Shown: positions 45,719-53,029 of the stretch, in pieces
Numbering within the stretch: position 1 is the stretch's first letter
Layout of the letters: each line of letters opens with the position of its first letter
DNA from: a virus
Lineage: Duplodnaviria; Caudoviricetes
Length of the DNA stretch: 53,029 bases
IMG/VR virus record: IMGVR_UViG_3300008267_000477
Location: 1-53,029 of that record
Direction: 5' to 3' (one strand)
Notes under the pieces: model-generated
What the model was told of the DNA's origin: nothing
The model's input: only the letters and a program-made list of their open reading frames with translations
Database searches by the model: none
Program-made: the position numbers and the translations under genes

Positions 45719-48579
45719 AAAAGTTAACAACAACACTTACTTCTTATCAACAAGACGTAGCTGTGCGTGTAGGTGATTTTTTCTTAATGCCGGAAGCACC
45801 TTTCCCACCAGCCATAGCATCTGACCTACCAGGAAATGTAACACAAAAAACCTTTATTAAAAGGGTTGTTGATGGTGTTCCCGAGTATGAGGATTTAGTA
45901 ATGCGCAATAGGGTTTACTATATAACAGCAGGCACAGAGCTTGAGATGATAATCGTTGCGCAAGATCCATCACAAATAGACATGGATAGAGTAGGTGATG
46001 ATAGCAATCTAACCTACCAGTGGTACAAAGATGATGCTCCTATGGTGGGAGCAAATGCACTTCTTAATGGAAAGGGATTTAGAGGTCTGAGATTACCAGC
46101 AGCTGAGGTAACAATAGAAGCTTCGGGTGAATATCATTGTGAGATATCAAATGCATACGGAACAACCTCAACAACCTCCGTTGTAATAAGTGTAGTTGAT
46201 CCAAAAAGACACCCGTTAATGTATAAGAATCTACTACAAAACGGATCAGCAAATGGTGGAACGGACGGTTGGATAGCAGAGAATGGAATCATATCTCGAG
46301 CATTTTTGGATGAGATGTTTATCACGTACCACCATGGAAGCTTGCCACCATTCAGCTATTACGACGATGATCTAGAAAAGACAGCTCCAGCAACGATTCC
46401 TCACGACTTTAGATTTAGTCAGACAGGACATTCCGCACTAATGTGGAGTGTAATGAAAACAATACAAAGCAAAAATCCAAACGCATTTAAGCAAGGAGCA
46501 GAGAGCAACATAAACAACATATTACCAGATTGGCAGGCTTGGATGGTAAGAAGCCTTCCACCAAACATCGTAGCAAACGAAGACCTTAGTTTGGGTTCAT
46601 CTGAGAGAGCGGGTTTCTTCCCAGGAATAAGGTGGATGGATTTGTATAACAGAAACAACAATCCATCATTAATTGGGCTGGATGCTGAGTGTTATGATAA
46701 GGCCTTAAATTATTTTACACGAGACAAGATTAAATTTGAAAGAGCAGGAGGTAGAGCTGTAGCATCCTTATCACAGACTGTTAATATAGAAAACGCATCG
46801 GCACTCGTAGACAATACGGTATTAGGAGTTCCACCTATATTTGGTCAATTCTTTTCGTATGTTGGCGCTGGAATCACAGGATATAAGATCAAAGTGGTTA
46901 CGGAGGCTGGTGAAGAGGTATACAATTGGTATGTGTTAGATCCAAGTGATTTTTTCGAAAGACTAAAAAACAACAAAGATAATAGAATTCTTATTCAAGA
47001 AAACTCTACAATCGAAATAATACCACTAGTTGATGATCAAACAACAATAACCTTAACAATGCGAGATGCATCTTTAAATGTGTTATCAGAAGTGAAGTTC
47101 GATGGACCAGACGCAACCGATGTTTTTGCTATAAAAGAAAAATCATACCTACCACTAACATGGTATCCTATCTTTGATATGTTTGTTGCTAACAACAACC
47201 CAATAAAGATATTCGGAAGAACATACTCAACAACCAAAGCATTACAACCGTTAATGTCTCCGAATCCAGCAATTCCAGAAAAAGAGATTGTAGATTACCT
47301 ATTCGAATTAGAGATTAATGACCTATACACAAACCCAGCAAAGAAAATAGGCAATCGTAACAGAAACGATGTAAAGGATGTAATCATCGATTACATGAGT
47401 AAGGTTGCTTTTGCACCTAATAAGCAGTTGAGAGTTAGAACAAGAGAGGATGTAGAGAGATTTATATTAAAGTCACCAAAGAAGAGATGGAATCTTGACG
47501 ACCTGATAACAGATCGTAAAGCTAAGGGTGATTTTTATAGATATGAGTCACCTCGTGGATATCCAAAAGCATCCAAAGAGTATGAAATAGAACGACGAAG
47601 AAGCATATACAAAGGTGTTGCTGACGTCATCATGGCACAAGATCAGGATGCAAACATTACAAAAGGAATCGCAAGTAGAATTAGGGTAAAAATAATAGAA
47701 ACACCAATTTATCAAAAAACTAATCCAAATAACGAGTCGGCACCCATATACGAAAGCGACACTACAAGAATGGACAGAAACGCTGCCTTCTTCCTAAACA
47801 ACTTTCCTTTTAAGGAAGGGGGACGATTTATACCAGAAACAGCAAATGAGTGGGATCCATTTAAGCGAACAGCAATCAACGGTAAGAGAACTTACAAGGC
47901 AATGCAAGAGCTAGGAGCAGCCGCCATGTTCGCTGTGGGAGGTAATTTCCGCATTCCGGAAAAAACAAGATCAGTAGAAATCACTGTAGATTTTACACAC
48001 ACTTCGCCAGTATTTAGGGATGAGCAGCCAGAGATGAAGGGATGGACTAGTGACTTTTTGTATCGAGATGATTTTGGCAACAGAGCAGCAGATAGTAAGA
48101 GATTTGTAGAGTATGGATATCCACGCTGTGGCGTTACAATGATGAAGTTTTTATTACTACCACAAAACGCAGCTCCAGATAACTCCTACACAAGTTATTT
48201 TATACCATCTCAGGGTAACCAAGTTTGGGGATTACAGAAAAAATTAATGTACGATGAGAGTATAACAAATACATCTGAACCGGGAGATTTCCGTTACAAC
48301 TTTGTTATGCCAGAAAATCCAGGCAAGTTTAATCCAGTTGATATTTACGAAGTAGGTAAAGCTTACGAAACATTCGAAAAAGCAAGAGTTCACGAGGATT
48401 CTAAACTCAATCCAGGATGGGACGAGCAAGAATTGCAGCAGTTCCAAGAGGGAGTTATATTACGGGAGGATGCTAGTACGGATCGTATTGAGAATGATAG
48501 CGCATTAGAAAACGAAGAAGGAGGATTATCAGGTTTAGAGCAAGAGATAAACTTAAACATTAACAGACCTAATCCGTAA
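45715..48579 (+). CDS. Ig-like domain structural protein (paralogue 2)
   Basis: LTYQWYKD..GEYHCEISN then KNLLQNGSANGGTDGW. Confidence 0.75.
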   Translation: MKKLTTTLTSYQQDVAVRVGDFFLMPEAPFPPAIASDLPGNVTQKTFIKRVVDGVPEYEDLVMRNRVYYITAGTELEMIIVAQDPSQIDMDRVGDDSNLTYQWYKDDAPMVGANALLNGKGFRGLRLPAAEVTIEASGEYHCEISNAYGTTSTTSVVISVVDPKRHPLMYKNLLQNGSANGGTDGWIAENGIISRAFLDEMFITYHHGSLPPFSYYDDDLEKTAPATIPHDFRFSQTGHSALMWSVMKTIQSKNPNAFKQGAESNINNILPDWQAWMVRSLPPNIVANEDLSLGSSERAGFFPGIRWMDLYNRNNNPSLIGLDAECYDKALNYFTRDKIKFERAGGRAVASLSQTVNIENASALVDNTVLGVPPIFGQFFSYVGAGITGYKIKVVTEAGEEVYNWYVLDPSDFFERLKNNKDNRILIQENSTIEIIPLVDDQTTITLTMRDASLNVLSEVKFDGPDATDVFAIKEKSYLPLTWYPIFDMFVANNNPIKIFGRTYSTTKALQPLMSPNPAIPEKEIVDYLFELEINDLYTNPAKKIGNRNRNDVKDVIIDYMSKVAFAPNKQLRVRTREDVERFILKSPKKRWNLDDLITDRKAKGDFYRYESPRGYPKASKEYEIERRRSIYKGVADVIMAQDQDANITKGIASRIRVKIIETPIYQKTNPNNESAPIYESDTTRMDRNAAFFLNNFPFKEGGRFIPETANEWDPFKRTAINGKRTYKAMQELGAAAMFAVGGNFRIPEKTRSVEITVDFTHTSPVFRDEQPEMKGWTSDFLYRDDFGNRAADSKRFVEYGYPRCGVTMMKFLLLPQNAAPDNSYTSYFIPSQGNQVWGLQKKLMYDESITNTSEPGDFRYNFVMPENPGKFNPVDIYEVGKAYETFEKARVHEDSKLNPGWDEQELQQFQEGVILREDASTDRIENDSALENEEGGLSGLEQEINLNINRPNP

Positions 48580-48595
48580 TAAGTTTACTCTTCCA

Positions 48596-48603
48596 TATTT
48601 ATA
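48596..48603 (+). promoter_or_regulatory. Late-type TATTTATA motif
   Basis: Upstream of GTG 48616. Confidence 0.6.
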
Positions 48604-48615
48604 TTAAAAGACTAA

Positions 48616-51600
48616 GTGGCTAAAAAACCATCAAAACCAATAAGTACAATTAAGTTGGAAGGTAACAAAGGTGAACCTATAAAAGCGGGTGAATCTTTGA
48701 GAGGACCAAAAGGTAGAGTGGAACCACTAGAAAGAGGTTTATTGAATAATCCTACTTTTTATCCAAAACCACCAAAGCCCCAAAATCCACTACCACCAAA
48801 ACCAGTAGAGAGTTCTACTGTGTATCCTTTTGGAATAAAACCAAACAATCTTGTTGCATATCCAAATGATGCTCTAATTTTAGACATCAACAATGCTATT
48901 GGAAACTACCTAGAATCTGACTTTAGAGTTCGCTCATATACAAAGAGTGATTTACAAGTTACAATGGATGTGGAGAGTGATTTAAAGTCATTAGGCTACA
49001 TCTCTGGTAAGTATAACGTACTATACAAGTTTCACAGAAACTACCTAGGATCGGCTGATGCCCATAAGCTGGAGATACAAGAGATAAGTTCTGACGGATT
49101 AGAGATTCGACTTACACCAATAAGGAGCGACCAATACGACAATACAGCTTTTTTTGATTTTTTCGGAACGGGTTTCTGGCAAGTACCAAAATCCCAAACT
49201 TTAACAAACTTATTTCTATTAAAGCAAACTGAGCTAGGAACACAGGCGTATAGAATCTTTGACTACGTTCAAGATAAGTTTACCTTCAATCAGTTTCCTT
49301 TCAGTATAGTTGTAAAATTAGCATCTCCAGTTCCAACAGCTGTTACACTAGGAGACCGAATATGGATAGCGCAACAAGTTAGTGATCCTATAGGAGACTC
49401 AATAACACTAATACCACCTAAACCGGTTAGAAAAGAGACTCGAATTAGCGGTCCAAACTGGGACGTACTAAGTAAGTTACAAACAACAGTAACGACCCCG
49501 TATAAGGATTGGGATGATATTTTATCCAGCAATCGACCAACAACAGAAGGAATAATTAATCAACTACTAAGTAGTTCTTTTGTTGAAGGAATAAAGCTGA
49601 ATGTAGATTACAGAAGTTTTGAAAATCACATAACATTTGGATCGGCAGTTGAGCGACTAGAGAACTTCAAATACAAGATGTCCTTGATTGAGAGCTACGA
49701 CTCTCGCATTGCAGACCTTACTACAAACCTAAACGCATTACCAAGCAGTAGCGTTTCCAGTAGTCAGGCGTTTCAGACAAATGTTATTAACGCAAAGACT
49801 AAAAAGGCAGCACTAATAGGTAGCTTTGATTCTTATGAGAAGTATCTTTACTACCAATCGGCTAGTTATGAGTCAAGCAGCTATGGTGAATTTTATCCGT
49901 CAACTTGGCCAAAACAAAACTCAACAAAACCGTATGTTAACTATTCGGTAACATCTTCTCAGGTTGAGAGTTGGTACGAAGGTATAGCACAGTCAGCGAG
50001 TTTGTTTGATAACAATAACGATAAGGCACTATACAAGCTAATTCCGTCCCACATATTAGAGGATGTATCAAATGACGAGTATGTTCTATTCACACATATG
50101 ATAGGACATTACTTTGATATCCTAACACTTTACATTAAGCAGATAACTTTACCAACAGACAGACAGCAGTCTATCTATGAAGGATTTAGTCGTGATTTAA
50201 TTTTTAATGTAGCTCAGACTTTAGGATTAGACTTTGATAATGGAAACTCCTTGGATGAGTTGTGGGCTTACACCTTAGGAACAGATGCAACTGGATCAGC
50301 ACAATCTCAATGGGATGCAACCAGCGATGACCGAACTAAAGAAATTTGGAAGCGAATAATAAACAATCTACCATTCTTACTTAAAACAAAAGGAACAGAA
50401 AGGAGTATTCGAGCGCTGATCAACTGCTATGGTATTCCTCAAACAATTCTACGAATAAGAGAGTATGGTGGAGCTGAACCTGACTTTGATTCAAAGACAG
50501 ACTTACAGTATGAGCGATTTAATTACGCTCTAAATGTAGGTTACAACGGATTAGACAGTGCATCCTACGCTCTATATGGCTACGGAACATATGGATCAGC
50601 CTCCTATGGTGACGATGATCCGAGTGAATTGATACGAGTTCCATGGACAGCTTTGTCTGAAAATGGGTTGATGCCAATGAGTACGCAGCTGAGGTTTAGA
50701 ATGGCCAAAAACCAAACTAAGGAACAGCGCATCATGGAGGTTCCAGATCAGTGGTTAGTAAAAGCTCACACAAGCGGTAGTGACGAGTACATAGGTTTCT
50801 ACCTCAGTGGTAGTGCTGGATGGGCTACAGCAAGTGTTAGCTCTTCTATCTACGATAACGCGTTCTGGAGTTTAACACTTCTCAGAGAGAATAAAACAGA
50901 CACTAACTCGGATAACCAAACTTATACACTAGTCGCCAAGAGGGTAAACTACGATAAGGTGGTTTACACACACACTGCCAGTTTATTTATTGACGGAAAC
51001 ACGAGTAGCTCATACAACGATTCATATATAACACCGGGGTATCTATGGATTCCAGGCTCTGGATCGTTTACATTTGCCAACTCAGCTTCAATGACTATCT
51101 TAACGGGTAGTGTGCAGGAGTTTAGGTATTGGAGCGAGACATTGCAAGATGCTATATTAGACAATCATGCATTAGCTCCTACAAGCTTCCAAGGAAACAC
51201 AGACGAAGTGATGACTGGTAGTACGTCTAGCTATTATGATCTTGCTTTTAGATTGTGTTTGGGTTCCGATAATAGGCGAATCAATTACGCAGATACTTCT
51301 AGTTTTCCATCACAACATCCAAACCAATTCAACCTCAAGTTTGACGACGGATCGGATAAAAACGCACTCTTTTTAAGATCACTAGCACCAGTATACACAC
51401 CAATAGTTGAGCGTCATTCCCTCGAGTGGCCTGACCTAGGAGGTAACAGAAGTGTAGGTAATAAGATAAGAATAGAGAACACCTTTACAGCTGGAAGCAA
51501 CACTATTGGTGGCAATCGACAGCTTTACAGAGATAATAGTGTGCAAAGGAGTTTGTCAGACAGTCAACCACCAGATAGTCCACGATTGGGGATTTACTTC

Positions 51601-53029
51601 TCACCACAAAATGAAATCAATCAGGATATTGCTGAACACTTCGGTGGAATAAGTATAGATGACTACATTGGAGATCCTAGTCACCTGACATTAGACGAGT
51701 ATCCAGATCTACGAGAGCTAAAATGGGAATGGAGTAGGAAGTTTATTTTTGGACGAAACAACGCTCAAAATTACATTAGGCTTATACGTTATTTTGATTC
51801 GTCGTTATTTCAGATAATAAAGAAGTTTGTACCGTACAGAGCAAATACCCAAGTAGGCTTAGTAATCGAACCAACAATAATTGAAAGAGCAAAAGTAAGA
51901 TCTACAGTACCGACAAAGGAAGAGCTCCAATATGACACAACAATAGATGTAGGACCAGAAGCTATCTGGACACCTGGAGGATTTGTGCAGGATGGTGATG
52001 GTGAACCATTTAGAGATCAGCCATATTGGGCAAATAATGGATACGTTAAGGAGGGTACAATAGGTGGTGATGAGAGTGACTACATAACTCTAAGCGGAGA
52101 GCAGCATAGGGTAGCAGAGTACAACGACGTTATTCATTATCCTACGTACGACTTCCAAGCACCAAGAGAGGGCATAGATGTAACCCCAGACTTTGATGAA
52201 GTGGAGATTGACTTTGTCGTAATAGATGGGACAGAAGTTGAAACTGCACCAACGTTTGATGAGAGTTTTGCCAATCAATTTAACAACTTTGGCGTTGCAA
52301 ACAACCCAAGTACGAGTGGTAGTTTATTTACGTCGCTTGATATGGGTATTTCACAATACGGAAGAGATACTCGTGTTTTAGGATCTCAATACGTGTTTAT
52401 GACTTGGGAGCGATACGGCACTGGATCGAGTGTTTCAGCTCCATACATGATAACATCTAGCAGATATGATTATCACGAAGCCCTTAACCCAACCATCTTA
52501 GACAGTAGATTTAGTGAAGTCTCAAATCAAGGGGGCACTAACTACGACATTGACGTGTATGGTGGTCGAGCATTTACGGGATCGTTAGCATTCACACAAT
52601 CTGTGATACTATCATCATCTTTAGGACTGCAGACTAGTTTGTGGACATCGCAATATGGACTACACATAACCAGCTCCTTCACAGGATCTATAGCATCACC
52701 ATCTACAGCTACCCTTACAGCTTCTCTTAATACAAACTACCAATGGAGAATTGATCCGACTAACGGTTTAAATTTCTATAACTCATCAGGAGTGACTCAA
52801 AACCTTATCATAGGCACAGCTGAAATAGATGCGTTCTTCTTTTCAAGAGACAATCCGTACAGTACGGAGTATCTTTATGAGGTTGACGTCGTTTTACAAG
52901 ATACCGGAGGAACACTTACTAATATCGTAGAGCTTTATTTTGGTGGACTAGACTCTAACATAGTAGAAAGTATCTCAGGAATAACAACAACACCAACAGC
53001 GTATACGTTTATTACTAGAGCTGAAGGTC
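48616..53029 (+). CDS. Large baseplate wedge protein (gp7/GpI-like), 3'-truncated by the window
   Basis: Absent from the ORF track, consistent with no stop before the edge; frame spot-checked by hand: LNVDYRSFENHITFGSAVERLENFKYK and EIWKRIINNLPFLLKTKGTERSIRALINCYGIP. Confidence 0.8.
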   Translation, partial: MAKKPSKPISTIKLEGNKGEPIKAGESLRGPKGRVEPLERGLLNNPTFYPKPPKPQNPLPPKPVESSTVYPFGIKPNNLVAYPNDALILDINNAIGNYLESDFRVRSYTKSDLQVTMDVESDLKSLGYISGKYNVLYKFHRNYLGSADAHKLEIQEISSDGLEIRLTPIRSDQYDNTAFFDFFGTGFWQVPKSQTLTNLFLLKQTELGTQAYRIFDYVQDKFTFNQFPFSIVVKLASPVPTAVTLGDRIWIAQQVSDPIGDSITLIPPKPVRKETRISGPNWDVLSKLQTTVTTPYKDWDDILSSNRPTTEGIINQLLSSSFVEGIKLNVDYRSFENHITFGSAVERLENFKYKMSLIESYDSRIADLTTNLNALPSSSVSSSQAFQTNVINAKTKKAALIGSFDSYEKYLYYQSASYESSSYGEFYPSTWPKQNSTKPYVNYSVTSSQVESWYEGIAQSASLFDNNNDKALYKLIPSHILEDVSNDEYVLFTHMIGHYFDILTLYIKQITLPTDRQQSIYEGFSRDLIFNVAQTLGLDFDNGNSLDELWAYTLGTDATGSAQSQWDATSDDRTKEIWKRIINNLPFLLKTKGTERSIRALINCYGIPQTILRIREYGGAEPDFDSKTDLQYERFNYALNVGYNGLDSASYALYGYGTYGSASYGDDDPSELIRVPWTALSENGLMPMSTQLRFRMAKNQTKEQRIMEVPDQWLVKAHTSGSDEYIGFYLSGSAGWATASVSSSIYDNAFWSLTLLRENKTDTNSDNQTYTLVAKRVNYDKVVYTHTASLFIDGNTSSSYNDSYITPGYLWIPGSGSFTFANSASMTILTGSVQEFRYWSETLQDAILDNHALAPTSFQGNTDEVMTGSTSSYYDLAFRLCLGSDNRRINYADTSSFPSQHPNQFNLKFDDGSDKNALFLRSLAPVYTPIVERHSLEWPDLGGNRSVGNKIRIENTFTAGSNTIGGNRQLYRDNSVQRSLSDSQPPDSPRLGIYFSPQNEINQDIAEHFGGISIDDYIGDPSHLTLDEYPDLRELKWEWSRKFIFGRNNAQNYIRLIRYFDSSLFQIIKKFVPYRANTQVGLVIEPTIIERAKVRSTVPTKEELQYDTTIDVGPEAIWTPGGFVQDGDGEPFRDQPYWANNGYVKEGTIGGDESDYITLSGEQHRVAEYNDVIHYPTYDFQAPREGIDVTPDFDEVEIDFVVIDGTEVETAPTFDESFANQFNNFGVANNPSTSGSLFTSLDMGISQYGRDTRVLGSQYVFMTWERYGTGSSVSAPYMITSSRYDYHEALNPTILDSRFSEVSNQGGTNYDIDVYGGRAFTGSLAFTQSVILSSSLGLQTSLWTSQYGLHITSSFTGSIASPSTATLTASLNTNYQWRIDPTNGLNFYNSSGVTQNLIIGTAEIDAFFFSRDNPYSTEYLYEVDVVLQDTGGTLTNIVELYFGGLDSNIVESISGITTTPTAYTFITRAEG

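Noticed and set aside
139-52278. Minus-strand and nested short ORFs in the track
   Set aside because: They shadow well-supported + strand genes and have no motifs or leaders
1-53029. Stop-codon reassignment as in some Bacteroidota phages
   Set aside because: Long genes are intact in code 11, and TAG and TGA both end genes at sensible boundaries (e.g. 1828, 25452, 5417)

Overview
This window is a segment of a large, AT-rich, contractile-tailed (myovirus/jumbo-type) bacteriophage genome. All credible genes are on the + strand and read with genetic code 11. The host is probably Bacteroidota, inferred from TTG-N20-octamer promoter geometry and A-rich leaders lacking a Shine-Dalgarno sequence. 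In order, it contains: (1) early-type cassettes behind a repeated promoter/leader (CTGTTG-N20-GACCTTTAGGTATAA..AAGAGATATG), encoding a MoxR-type AAA+ ATPase/vWA pair, a metallophosphoesterase, an ATP-dependent DNA ligase and small ORFs; (2) a GC-rich palindrome cluster at about 4.1-4.45 kb; (3) two TATTTAT-preceded arrays of unrelated proteins sharing short N-terminal tags that end in (L/I)xE, which are candidate capsid-targeting sequences, including a beta-lactamase-family hydrolase, an alpha/beta hydrolase and zincins; (4) a holin-amidase-holin lysis cassette; (5) tail fibre genes; (6) HPRT and a complete tmRNA with a long tag; (7) an HD hydrolase and a gp55-like late sigma factor; (8) a baseplate module (split gp5-like genes with GH108 and M15 enzymes, gp25, gp6/J, Ig-domain paralogues, and a wedge gene running off the end). 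The most interesting signals are the tagged cargo-protein arrays and two sense-strand 'anti-leader' sequences complementary to the early start motif, one of them in the tmRNA 3' trailer. All product calls come from visual motif recognition; no database searches were run.
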